Source: Bradymonadia bacterium
GTDB taxonomy: Bacteria; Myxococcota_A; Bradymonadia; REDH01
Reading direction: 5' to 3'
Assembly (NCBI GenBank): GCA_047629415.1
Contig: JBLHWZ010000002.1
Span: forward strand, 1,917-65,916
DNA: 64,000 nucleotides
Under the pieces are notes generated by a model. It worked only from the letters and a program-made list of their open reading frames with translations. It was not told the origin of the DNA and ran no database searches. Made by a program: the position numbers and the translations under genes. Positions 19,101 through 26,999 of the stretch are shown piece after piece; the first letter of the stretch is position 1; each line of letters opens with the position of its first letter.

Positions 19101-19649
19101 GAGACTGATGGATGCTTTGAGGTCTGCGATGACCGCTTCGACAATGATGGAGACGGTGACATCGACTGCGCTGACGCAGATTGCGACGCTGTCTGTATCG
19201 AGATCTGTGATGACGCGGTCGACAACGATCGCGACGGCCTCACCGACTGCGCTGACGCAGACTGCGAGTTCGACGAGGCCTGCTGCCCCGACGATGTGTT
19301 CGAGAACAACCAAGGCGTGGCCGGTGCGCCATCGACGCTCTGGGATGCCTACAACGCGGACTCGACCGCTACTCTGACGATTCGCCCGGGAGACGTGGAC
19401 TCGTTCCGCATCCCGATGTGCACAGGCGGAACACTCCGTGCGACGGCCGAATTTTCTCACGATGACGGCGACCTGAGCATGGTGCTGCGAAACAGCACCG
19501 GGTTCACGATCGTGGGCGCCAATAGCGATGACGACAATGAGTCGCTCGCGTTCACCTCACCGTTCACGACGGACCTCTTCCTGCAGGTGAATATCGAAGA
19601 CGATCTGTGTCAGTCTTACACGCTCACGATGGAACTCGTCTGCCCGTAG
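16113..19649 (+). CDS. Large secreted lipoprotein built from several Cys/Asp-rich module types plus C-terminal domains
   Basis: MKNRFLLILLAAATSAASCND (lipobox); the gene starts 4 nt after the upstream stop. Components: three CGDGxxxxGEECDDGxxN units (TIGR02232-like Myxococcus Cys-rich repeats); DxDGDGxG...DCxDxxxxxxPGAxExCDGxDNDC units (MopE-like metal-binding motifs); seven DxDxDG four-Cys modules; two ...DTTLYVLDGC..EIACNDD...GDYVLN domains; and a terminal PPC-like domain. Confidence 0.85.
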   Translation: MKNRFLLILLAAATSAASCNDGRAVDGTTDATTIDDVGNDAIGIDVDDDVPDVTIDFGLDPREDVPSTDVVEDVADVAPDEGIDTSPDAEPDIPEGCGDSVINDGEECDDGEDNSNIEIDACRTDCTLAVCGDGVADSGEECDDGEGNSNVEIDACRTDCSEPICGDGVTDSDEDCDGGPDCSDECTNPLASLCSECAFDDECGGDEDFCVDGFCGLGCDDSDCPRGFECADVIGGLQCVPSSGTCEPCFDPDGDGYGIGEECLGLDCEEGNSDVNPGAAEECDGVDNNCNGFVDEAGGGPTWHADNDGDGAGSIEDFIEACEPSDEYPSAEGGDCDDDDSEVFPGAVDLCNGVDNDCDEDTVDGNDEELVGGACDGLDDDRCAGGTTECVEGALICTEGPEGTRELCDGVDNDCDPDTADGSDDPRVGDACDGEDSDLCEEGLSICRGGELLCDDSTDDQIEICDGEDNDCDGTEDEDAGDLWFRDSDGDRFGTEDETTNACIRPPGFSARSGDCNDDESAVNPDEEDICDRLNNDCVGEADDDPAFHETGWPDIDGDGFGDSSADSSGCEIPPDYVDNGEDCNDDSAAAAPGLDEVCDDGLDNDCNDDVDCADGACAEEEECVVDCSDDSIGDTIGLEASTGTTEGAGNELTAGCSGGGGPEVVLEWTAPETGTFIMDTLGSDFDTTLYVLDGCEGEEIACNDDAFDGGERLRSQVTFDAEAGSNLLIVVDGFGGGSAGDYVLNIRLDLDEICDSGEDEDGDGDIDCADTDCVGDDACLEVCDDAEDNDLDGDTDCDDSDCLGDDACVEICDDGADNDGDDEVDCFDIDCAGDDVCRFDGCAAAEITGTGEIATGSTEDFAYSYIAECGSAAGGTPAGGENARDAFYIWTAPASGTFVIDTLGSTFDTLLAVLDGECGGEEIACNDDGFAGEEQTRSSVEIEVSGGDVVTIALGGWGFSSGDYVLNATRIETACGDDIDNDEDGDIDCDDSDCAETDGCFEVCDDRFDNDGDGDIDCADADCDAVCIEICDDAVDNDRDGLTDCADADCEFDEACCPDDVFENNQGVAGAPSTLWDAYNADSTATLTIRPGDVDSFRIPMCTGGTLRATAEFSHDDGDLSMVLRNSTGFTIVGANSDDDNESLAFTSPFTTDLFLQVNIEDDLCQSYTLTMELVCP

Positions 19650-19743
19650 GCTTGGCGCTGGCCGCTCGCCGAACCCGATGCTTTGCCGTGATTTACGGCG
19701 CTGCAGAGGTGGGCGGCGAGGCTCTCTGGCCCTGATCGAAGCG

Positions 19744-19781
19744 ATCCGGACATGCGATCTGCAAACGACGCGTGTCCGGAT
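19744..19781 (+). terminator. Hairpin downstream of the 16113..19649 gene (possible U-tract-less terminator)
   Basis: ATCCGGACA (19744-19752) and TGTCCGGAT (19773-19781) are perfect 9-bp complements separated by a 20-nt loop. No T-run follows. Confidence 0.3.
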
Positions 19782-19791
19782 GACGAACGAG

Positions 19792-19838
19792 TGAATGAAT
19801 AGCCATTCAGTCTTGACGACTGAATGGCTATTCATTAT
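19792..19838. promoter_or_regulatory. Double palindromic operator (two FadR/YsiA-like boxes) overlapping a putative promoter of the TetR-etfBA operon
   Basis: AT-rich island in GC-rich DNA. A perfect 19-bp inverted repeat: AATGAATAGCCATTCAGTC (19794-19812), a 5-nt spacer, then GACTGAATGGCTATTCATT (19818-19836). Each arm holds its own box: TGAATGAATAGCCATTCA (19792-19809) and TGAATGGCTATTCATTAT (19821-19838). A TTGACG (19813-19818) -N17- TATTGG promoter-like pair lies between and over the boxes. Confidence 0.6.
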
Positions 19839-19872
19839 TGGTTCACCGCGTCTTCAGCTACCCGAGGAACCC

Positions 19873-20475
19873 GTGTCGAGAGAAAAGACCTCCGAGAAGC
19901 GCCAACGGATTCTGGCGGCTGCGCTCAAGGTCTTTGCGCAACGCGGATTCTACAACGCGAACGTCTCTGAAGTTGCGCGGGAAGCTTCCGTCGCTGACGG
20001 CACGATCTATCTCTACTTCAAGAACAAGGATGACCTGCTCATCCAGCTCTTCGAAGATCGGATGGACTATCTCATCCGGCGGCTCAAAGAGGGGCTGGAG
20101 AAGGCTGGCGGCACGGTACCGAATCGCATCTACGCGATGATCAAAGCGCACTTGCAGATCTCGAAGGAGTCCCCAGCTTTAGCGGAGTTCATCACGCTTG
20201 AGCTTCGCCAGAGCAGCAAGTTCGTTAAAGAGTACCAGAACGAGAAATTCTCCGAGTATCTGACAGTCGTCAGCGACCTGATCGAGGAGGGCCAGCACGA
20301 CGGCTCTCTACGCTCAGGGCTCGATCCTCGCATTGTGGCCCGCTCGCTCTTCGGCGCGCTGGACGAGACATTGCTGACGATCACGCTCGCCGGCCGCAAC
20401 TCACCTGCAGAGATCGAGAAGGCCGCTGGCCAACTCAACGACCTCCTCTGCGGCGGCCTCACGCCTCGCGACTAA
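19873..20475 (+). CDS. TetR-family transcriptional regulator, FadR(YsiA)-like fatty-acid-degradation repressor
   Basis: The GTG at 19873 is preceded by GAGGAA. The TetR HTH reads RQRILAAALKVFAQRGFYNANVSEVAREASVADGTIYLYFKNKDDLL. It lies directly upstream of etfB-etfA, as in Bacillus. Confidence 0.8.
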   Translation: MSREKTSEKRQRILAAALKVFAQRGFYNANVSEVAREASVADGTIYLYFKNKDDLLIQLFEDRMDYLIRRLKEGLEKAGGTVPNRIYAMIKAHLQISKESPALAEFITLELRQSSKFVKEYQNEKFSEYLTVVSDLIEEGQHDGSLRSGLDPRIVARSLFGALDETLLTITLAGRNSPAEIEKAAGQLNDLLCGGLTPRD

Positions 20476-20534
20476 CCAGTTTTTACCCACCGAGGCCCGC
20501 GTTTCGCGGGCACTCCCGACCCAAGGACGCCAGC

Positions 20535-21281
20535 ATGAAAGTAATGGCCACCGTCAAGCGGGCAATTGACCCGGAAGTGAAGGTCAAGCTCAACGGCACC
20601 GAGCTCGATACCAGCAACGCGGACTACAAGTTTAACTACTTCGACGAGATCGGAGTGGAAGAGGCGATTCGACTGAAGGAAGCCGGAACGGCTGACGAAG
20701 TTGTGGTCGTGAGTGTCGGCTCCGAAGCGGCTCAAAAAGAGCTTCGGAACGCTCTGGCAATGGGTGCCGATCGCGCCATCCTTGTAGAAGCTGACGAGAC
20801 AACGCTCGACTCCTTCTACGTTGCTCAGATTCTCGCCGCCGTCGTCGAGAAGGAGTCCCCCGACCTCGTCCTTATGGGCAAGCTCTCGGTTGACTCCGAG
20901 AACAACGCGGTCGGTCAGATGCTGGCGCAGATTTGCGACATGCCTCAGGGCACCTTCGCTCACAACCTCGAGATTGTGGACGGCCATGCAATCGTCGGTC
21001 GGGAAGTCGACGGCGGTACTGCTGACGTGAAGATCGCGCTCCCCGCGGTAGTTACCGCTGACCTTCGCCTTAACGAGCCGCGCTACGCGTCGCTCCCCGG
21101 CATCATGAAGGCCAAGCGTAAGCCCCTTGAGACGATCACGCTGGAGTCTCTTGGACTCGATGGTGAGCAGCAGGTGCGCACCATCGGTTACGAGCTTCCA
21201 CCCGTGCGCCAAGCAGGCGTCATCGTTGAGTCGGTCGATGAGCTAATCGACAAGCTCAAGAACGAAGCGAAGGCCCTCTAG
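20535..21281 (+). CDS. etfB: Electron transfer flavoprotein beta subunit
   Basis: MKVMATVKRAIDPEVKVKL..., DLVLMGKLSVDSENNAVGQMLA, and a full-length 248 aa typical of EtfB. Confidence 0.9.
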   Translation: MKVMATVKRAIDPEVKVKLNGTELDTSNADYKFNYFDEIGVEEAIRLKEAGTADEVVVVSVGSEAAQKELRNALAMGADRAILVEADETTLDSFYVAQILAAVVEKESPDLVLMGKLSVDSENNAVGQMLAQICDMPQGTFAHNLEIVDGHAIVGREVDGGTADVKIALPAVVTADLRLNEPRYASLPGIMKAKRKPLETITLESLGLDGEQQVRTIGYELPPVRQAGVIVESVDELIDKLKNEAKAL

Positions 21282-21312
21282 GTCACTTTCCAACGAATAC
21301 TAGGAGAATAGC

Positions 21313-22269
21313 ATGAGCAGCATTTTGGTCATCGCCGAGCACCTCGAAGGAAAGCTCAAAGGCGCCACGCTGAACGCAGTCACTTTCGCGAATCAGGCAG
21401 CTGAGCTCGCTGGCCACGACGTCATCGGCGTCGTGCTCGGCTCGAGCGCCGGCGCAGCCGCGACAGAGCTCGCGAACCACGTACCGAAGGTCATTTCGAT
21501 CGACGGAGACGCGTTCAAGAACTACCTCGCGGAAACCTACACCCCCGTCATCGCCGCACTCGCCGAAGAGTTCGACGCAGAGATCATCTGCGCTGGCTCG
21601 ACGACAACCGGCAAAGACTACCTCCCACGCGTTTGCGCAGCACTTGAGGGCGGCTTCGTTTCGGACGTCATTGAGGTCTACAACGACGCCGATGAAGACC
21701 AGCTCGCCTACAAGCGACCCATCTGGGCCGGTAACCTCATCGAGCGCGTCACCTCCGACGCCGACGTAACCTGCGCCACCATTCGTACCACCGCATTCGA
21801 CGACTCCGCCGGCGGCGTTGGCGGTTCGGTGGAAACCCGCACCGGTGGTGAAGCTCCAGCCAACGCCGAGTTCCTTCGGTTCCACTTGGTGGAGAGCAAC
21901 CGCCCGGACCTCACCGACGCTGACGTCATCGTCGCCGGCGGCCGTGGACTCAAGTCCGCAGACGCTTTCGGCATGATCGAGGCCCTCGCAGACAAGCTCG
22001 GCGGCGCGGTCGGCGCATCGCGTGCAGCAGTCGACTCCGGATACGCGCCGAACGACTGGCAGATTGGCCAGACCGGCAAGATCGTCGCACCGAACCTCTA
22101 CATCGCAGCAGCGATCTCCGGCGCCATCCAGCACCTTGCTGGAATGAAGGGCTCCAAGGTCATCGTCGCGATCAACAAGGACCCCGAGGCACCGATCTTC
22201 CAGGTCTCCGACTACGGCCTCGTCGCGGATGCCTTCAAGGCTGTGCCTGAGCTCACAGAGAAGCTCTAA
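21313..22269 (+). CDS. etfA: Electron transfer flavoprotein alpha subunit
   Basis: [10 protein letters not shown]..., VIVAGGRGL, and the FAD-binding tail [35 protein letters not shown]. Confidence 0.9.
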   Translation: MSSILVIAEHLEGKLKGATLNAVTFANQAAELAGHDVIGVVLGSSAGAAATELANHVPKVISIDGDAFKNYLAETYTPVIAALAEEFDAEIICAGSTTTGKDYLPRVCAALEGGFVSDVIEVYNDADEDQLAYKRPIWAGNLIERVTSDADVTCATIRTTAFDDSAGGVGGSVETRTGGEAPANAEFLRFHLVESNRPDLTDADVIVAGGRGLKSADAFGMIEALADKLGGAVGASRAAVDSGYAPNDWQIGQTGKIVAPNLYIAAAISGAIQHLAGMKGSKVIVAINKDPEAPIFQVSDYGLVADAFKAVPELTEKL

Positions 22270-22291
22270 CAACGATACCGACACCCACGGT

Positions 22292-22336
22292 CCCAACGCC
22301 GTTCGCGTCTTACGCGAGCGGCGTTGGGTTGTTTTT
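22292..22336 (+). terminator. Rho-independent terminator of the etfA operon
   Basis: CCCAACGCCGTTCGCG, loop tctta, then CGCGAGCGGCGTTGGG (16-bp stem with 1 mismatch), followed by TTGTTTTT. It starts 23 nt after the etfA stop. Confidence 0.7.
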
Positions 22337-22394
22337 GGAGAGTTCGCAATCGGAACCGAAGCGCGACGATTCAGTGAAACACCGACCTCACGAT

Positions 22395-22645
22395 CATCCC
22401 TCGTAGGGACGGCATGAGCGAAGCGGAGACGGAACGAAGAACGTTACGAGCCAGCGAAACGCAAACCCTGAACCCACCGCTCATCTCCCGTAGGGGCACT
22501 ATGAGCGAAGCGAATCGTGCCCGGCCGCTCATACGTCCGACGCTCCTATCGGGGACTCACACTCCGCCGCTTCGCACGATCGGAACCGCCGACGCGTGAG
22601 ACGCAGGGCACGATTCGCTCGGGCTCATGATGCCCCTACGATGGG
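22395..22645. repeat. Cluster of three copies (two direct, one inverted) of a ~35-40-bp hairpin element
   Basis: 22395-22427 is ..CGTAGGGACGGCATGAGCGAAGCGG. 22482-22523 is ..CGTAGGGGCACTATGAGCGAAGCGAATCGTGCCC. The reverse complement of 22606-22645 is CGTAGGGGCATCATGAGCCCGAGCGAATCGTGCCC. Confidence 0.55.
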
Positions 22646-22663
22646 TTGATCGGGCCGCTTTGC

Positions 22664-23338
22664 TTAGCGCCCGCTCACCGCGACCCAAATCGTGTGCTTC
22701 GGCCCCTTTCCGCCTTTCCGCGCGCGCACCATATGCGCCTGCGCTCGATACCCATTCTGCTGCAGCCGCCGAGTGAAGCGCGGGTCGTCGCCGGCGGACC
22801 AAATACAGAGGGTTCCGCCTGGCCTTAGCGCCGACTTGAGCGAGCGCAGTCCTGCCTCTTGGTAGAGCCAACCGTTGGAGTCTTGGGTCAAGCCCTCGGG
22901 GCCGTTGTCCACGTCCAGCAAGATCGCGTCGTATGCACCTGTCGCGCGTCGGATCACAGCGCAGACATCGTCGATCGTGACTAAGACACGTGGGTCCGCA
23001 AGCGGATGGCCGGCGCATTCACCGAGCGGGCCTCGATTCCACTCGACAACGGTCGGCACGAGCTCGGCAACCTCGATGCGGGCGTCGGTCGGAAGGACGC
23101 GGTTGCAAGCGCTGAGCGTAAAGCCCATCCCCAGGCCACCGATGAGCACATTCGCCCCGGCGCCCTCGGCTAGACCGTCGCACGCAAGGTCGGCCATCGC
23201 TTCTTCGGAGCCGTGCATGCGGCTGTTCATCAGCTCGTCGTAGCCGATGCGAATCGAGTACTCCTTGCCACGCCGGTGCAGCGTGAGGGTCTCCCCGGTT
23301 GGCGTGGGTACAGAGTCTAGCTTCTCCCAAGGAATCAC
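22664..23338 (-). CDS. Spermidine-synthase-like class I SAM-dependent transferase (soluble)
   Basis: The GTG at 23338 overlaps the upstream stop (GTGA). Motifs VLIGGLGMGFTL, IEVAELVPTVVEW and AILLDVDNGPEGL... resemble the SpeE fold. Confidence 0.65.
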   Translation of the reverse strand: MIPWEKLDSVPTPTGETLTLHRRGKEYSIRIGYDELMNSRMHGSEEAMADLACDGLAEGAGANVLIGGLGMGFTLSACNRVLPTDARIEVAELVPTVVEWNRGPLGECAGHPLADPRVLVTIDDVCAVIRRATGAYDAILLDVDNGPEGLTQDSNGWLYQEAGLRSLKSALRPGGTLCIWSAGDDPRFTRRLQQNGYRAQAHMVRARKGGKGPKHTIWVAVSGR

Positions 23339-24297
23339 TTGCTCACCCCTCGCTGTCCGCGGCTTCGGGCGACCAACTCTGCGGCCGCGTCGTCCCAATC
23401 AGGGTACTCAAACTCGAACCCGGCCTCCTGGAGTCGGCCAGGTATGACGTAGCGGCTCTTGAGGACGAGCTCGCTCTCCGTACGCAGGAAGACCGCGCCG
23501 AGCTCTACCATCCAGTTCGACGTTGGGAGTCCGAACGGGACGCTCCACCTTCGCCGCAGGATGCGCATGAACTCTGCGTTGGCCAGCGGGTTCGGCGAGC
23601 TGATGTTCACCGGTCCGGAGATGTCTTCGTCTTCGATCAGCCAGTCCAGTGCCCGCACGAAGTCCGCTCCGTGGATCCAGGAAATGAACTGGCGACCGTG
23701 CCCAGCCGTTCCGCCTAGACCGACCTTCGCCAGGCCTGACAGAGTATCGAAGACACCGCCTTTTGCTGGATCCATCGTCATGGCGGATCGCAAGAGCACG
23801 AGTCGAATGCCATCGGGCGCGACTTCGTTCGCGACGCGCTCCCATGACTGTGAAACGTCGATGCTGAAGTTCCACGTATCCGGTGCTCCCTGCTCGTCTC
23901 CCCCAAGAATACCGGTATCCTCATTGTTGCCGGCATCATAGCGATGCGCATAGATCGTGGCCGTGCTGGCTTGCAGCCACAGCTTCGGCGGATCCTCGAC
24001 CGACGCGAGCGCCTCTCCGAGAACCCGCGTAGAGTCGAGGCGCGAATCCATGATCTGCCGGCGGTTTTCGGCGGTGTACCGACAGTTAACCGTTCGACCG
24101 GCCATGTTGATGAGGACATCGGCGCCGTCGAGCTCTGCGACCCAAGGCCCCATCGACTTGCCGTCCCATTCGACGACACGCCACGGCGCCTCGCGAACGC
24201 AGCGGGAGAGCATGACGACCTCCCACCCTCGCGCAAGGTACTTTTCGGCGAGCATTGTACCGACGCGCCCCGTACCACCCGGAATGACGACCTTCAT
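23335..24297 (-). CDS. YfcH/TIGR01777-like NAD-dependent epimerase-family protein with a DUF1731-type C-terminus
   Basis: MKVVIPGGTGRVGTMLAEKYLARGWEVVMLSR (Rossmann GxxGxxG). C-terminal FISWIHGADFVRAL...PVNISSPNP...LKSRYVIPGRLQEAGFEFEYPDW. The ATGA overlap with the aroC stop is at 24294-24297. Confidence 0.75.
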   Translation of the reverse strand: MKVVIPGGTGRVGTMLAEKYLARGWEVVMLSRCVREAPWRVVEWDGKSMGPWVAELDGADVLINMAGRTVNCRYTAENRRQIMDSRLDSTRVLGEALASVEDPPKLWLQASTATIYAHRYDAGNNEDTGILGGDEQGAPDTWNFSIDVSQSWERVANEVAPDGIRLVLLRSAMTMDPAKGGVFDTLSGLAKVGLGGTAGHGRQFISWIHGADFVRALDWLIEDEDISGPVNISSPNPLANAEFMRILRRRWSVPFGLPTSNWMVELGAVFLRTESELVLKSRYVIPGRLQEAGFEFEYPDWDDAAAELVARSRGQRGVSK

Positions 24298-25379
24298 CGA
24301 ACTGGGAGGCGATTAAGATGGCCAGACCGGAGCGCGGCGTCGACGAGTACTAGCGCAGCCATGCTCTCCACGATCGGGACGGCGCGCGGGAGCACACAGG
24401 GGTCGTGACGCCCTCGCGCGGCGAACTCGACCTCCTGGCCATCTCGGGTCACGGTTCGCTGGCTCTGGAAGATGGTCGCAACAGGTTTGAAGGCCACCCG
24501 GAACTCGATGAGATCACCGGTGCTGATGCCGCCCTGAACTCCTCCTGAGAAGTTCGTCTCCGTCGCCACTTCGCCGTCTCGCATGACGTACGGATCGTTG
24601 TGCTCACTGCCGCGCATGAGGGTGCCGGCAAAGCCGCTTCCGATCTCGAAGCCCTTCGCGGCAGGCAGGCCCACCATGGCACTCGCGAGGTCGGCTTCGA
24701 GCTTGCCGAACACAGGATCACCCAGCCCCGGAGGTACTCCGCGAATGACGCAGCGTACACAGCCACCGACCGAATCCTTGGTGCGTCGCACGTCCTGAAT
24801 GTGCTTGATCATGATTTCAGCCGCGGCGGCGTCTGGACAGCGCAAGTCATTCTGGTCGACGCTCTCTCGCGTCACGGATGCAGAATCCACTTCGCTTCCC
24901 AACGCACCGACGTCACTAACCCACGCGACGATCTCGATGCCGAGTCGGTCCAGGAGACGCTCCGCGATAGCTCCTGCTGCGCACCGTGCTGCGGTCTCTC
25001 GTGCGCTTGCGCGTCCGCCGCCGCGCCAGTCGCGGAATCCGTACTTGGCGTCGTACGTGTAGTCGGCGTGCGAAGGCCGATAGAGGTCCTTCAGGTCGAG
25101 GTACTTTGAGGAATCAACGTCGCCGTTTGAGATGTGTAAGGCGATCGAAGTGCCGGTAGTGCGGCCCTCAAAAACGCCCGACAGGATCTTCACCTGGTCC
25201 TTCTCATTGCGAGGAGTGACCAGCTTACTTTGTCCGGGCCGACGCCGATTGAGAGTGGGCTGAATGTCCTCCTCGGACAGCTCCAAACCGGAAGGGCAGC
25301 CGTCGACGACCGCGCCGAGCGCGGGGCCATGAGACTCTCCCCAGGTGGTGACGCGAAACGCTCTTCCGAAGGTGTTCAT
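24294..25379 (-). CDS. aroC: Chorismate synthase
   Basis: MNTFGRAFRVTTWGESHGPALGAVVDGCPSGL, GGGRASARETAARCAAGA, and RHDPCVLPRAVPIVE. Confidence 0.92.
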   Translation of the reverse strand: MNTFGRAFRVTTWGESHGPALGAVVDGCPSGLELSEEDIQPTLNRRRPGQSKLVTPRNEKDQVKILSGVFEGRTTGTSIALHISNGDVDSSKYLDLKDLYRPSHADYTYDAKYGFRDWRGGGRASARETAARCAAGAIAERLLDRLGIEIVAWVSDVGALGSEVDSASVTRESVDQNDLRCPDAAAAEIMIKHIQDVRRTKDSVGGCVRCVIRGVPPGLGDPVFGKLEADLASAMVGLPAAKGFEIGSGFAGTLMRGSEHNDPYVMRDGEVATETNFSGGVQGGISTGDLIEFRVAFKPVATIFQSQRTVTRDGQEVEFAARGRHDPCVLPRAVPIVESMAALVLVDAALRSGHLNRLPVR

Positions 25380-25388
25380 ATCTTCCCC

Positions 25389-26720
25389 CTACGCCTGAGT
25401 TGCCCAGTATCCACCGCGAGCATGGTCATAGAGAATCTCCGACCCACGCTTCGAGTCGTCGACAACGCCATCGCGAAACACGGTGTTGCCCATGCAAATG
25501 GTACGCACAGCCCAGCCCGTGAGAGTCGTACCGTCCCAAGGACTCCATTTACACTTCGTCTCTTGCTCGGCGTTGCGAATCGTCTGGGTCTTATTGAGGT
25601 CGACGAGGACAAGATCCGCGTCGTATCCAACCTCGATCCGGCCCTTGTTCACGATATCCCAAACCCGCGCCGGCGCGTCGCACATCCAGTTAACGACATT
25701 GCGCAGCGTGCACTTTCCCTCGTGGACCTGGTTCAGCATGAGGGCCAGGGAGTTCTCAACCGCAGGAACGCCGGACGGGGAGGCAGGATATTCCTTGCTC
25801 TTCTCTTCCAACGTATGCGGTGCGTGGTCTGTCGCGACTACCTGGATCCGATTGTCTAAAAGAGCCTGCCAGAGCCGCTCGCGATCCTCCGGGTGTTTCA
25901 GCGACGGGTTCATCTGCACGAGTGTGCCGAGGGTGTCGTAGTCACGCACGTCGAAGAAGAGGTGGTGCGGACAAGCTTCGGCAGTGATCAGACCACGGTG
26001 GTCGGCGAAAAGGTCTGTCTCATCGCCCGTCGACGTGTGCAGCACGTGGAAGCGATGATTGTGTCTGAACGCGAGGTCAATGGCGCGCTTCGTCGCGATA
26101 ACGGCGGCCTCGACATTGCGGATCCTGGAGTGATCCCGGATCGACGTAATCTCACCGAGCGCCGCAGTGTTCTTGCGGATGGTGGTCTCGTCTTCGCAGT
26201 GCGCGGTGATCGGGAGCGTGGTGTTTGCGAAGATATCTTCGAGCGCTTCTTGCTCGTCGACGAGCAGATCTCCGGTCGAGGATCCGATGAAGATCTTGAT
26301 GCCCGGAGTCCGGTGGGCCAGCGCCAGCTCAGCGGTGTTGTGCGAGGTCGCGCCGATATAGAAGCCGTAGTTGACGAGCGATTTCTCGGCCCCGAGCGCG
26401 AGTTTCGCGACTAGCTCCGCCTGAGAGATCGTGCTCGGCCTCGTGTTCGGCATCTCCAAGAACGAGGTAACCCCTCCCTTCGCACACGCCCGAGAGGCCG
26501 TGTAGAGGTCCTCCTTGTAGGTCACTCCAGGGTCCCGGAAGTGAACTTGATCGTCGATGACGCCCGGCAGCAAGTGCAGCCCGGTCGCGTCGATCACATC
26601 GTCGGCGGAGACCGTTGCTGCGGGGTCGATCGCGGCGATCCTAGCCCCGTCGATGAGGACATCGACCTTCGCGATTTCGTTGGGGAGAACGACGGTGGCA
26701 TTCTTAATAAGAGTCTTCAC
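25389..26720 (-). CDS. pyrC: Dihydroorotase (cyclic amidohydrolase, [10 protein letters not shown] subtype)
   Basis: The GTG at 26720 gives [15 protein letters not shown]...; the 78-codon upstream extension of the ORF has no homology-like features. Motifs [35 protein letters not shown]. About 444 aa. Confidence 0.75.
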   Translation of the reverse strand: MKTLIKNATVVLPNEIAKVDVLIDGARIAAIDPAATVSADDVIDATGLHLLPGVIDDQVHFRDPGVTYKEDLYTASRACAKGGVTSFLEMPNTRPSTISQAELVAKLALGAEKSLVNYGFYIGATSHNTAELALAHRTPGIKIFIGSSTGDLLVDEQEALEDIFANTTLPITAHCEDETTIRKNTAALGEITSIRDHSRIRNVEAAVIATKRAIDLAFRHNHRFHVLHTSTGDETDLFADHRGLITAEACPHHLFFDVRDYDTLGTLVQMNPSLKHPEDRERLWQALLDNRIQVVATDHAPHTLEEKSKEYPASPSGVPAVENSLALMLNQVHEGKCTLRNVVNWMCDAPARVWDIVNKGRIEVGYDADLVLVDLNKTQTIRNAEQETKCKWSPWDGTTLTGWAVRTICMGNTVFRDGVVDDSKRGSEILYDHARGGYWATQA

Positions 26721-26999
26721 TTCTGGGCTCAGCAGGCGTGTTCGGGGAAGAATGGTCGGGGTGTAATCGAACGGGCGAGCGAGGGGTAGGTTCGGGCAAG
26801 GCGGAGGGTAGGATGCCTGAACACACGCACACCCAAACACCGCGTAAACACTAGAGATTTTGCTGAAAAACTGGTCGGCACGGCTCTCAAGGGGTAATCT
26901 TCGTCTCAACCCCATGGACTGAGCGCTCGGCTCGCTCGGCAACTGCTTGATCACGCTTAGTTTACGGGCGTTTATCGAGCGAAGACCCCGACGATCTGT

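Noticed and set aside
19557-19872. Twin ORFs starting MNSHSVVKTEWLFIHSF (minus) and MNSHSVLTTEWLFIIGS (plus).
   Set aside because: They are mirror artefacts of the 19-bp-arm palindrome at 19794..19836. The TetR gene more plausibly starts at the GTG at 19873, which follows a GAGGAA.
22414-22599. A 61-codon ORF with a recurring MSEA peptide start.
   Set aside because: The recurrence is caused by the repeated ATGAGCGAAGCG core of the intergenic hairpin element. There is no coding-like composition or SD.
26721-26954. The 78-codon N-terminal extension of the dihydroorotase ORF. Similar extensions occur at 40878..41096 (htpG), 55900..56034 (radical SAM), 14252..14386 (POT), 4617..4715 and 40861..40899.
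   Set aside because: The extensions lack family similarity. In each case an internal ATG or GTG gives the canonical N-terminus or a signal peptide.
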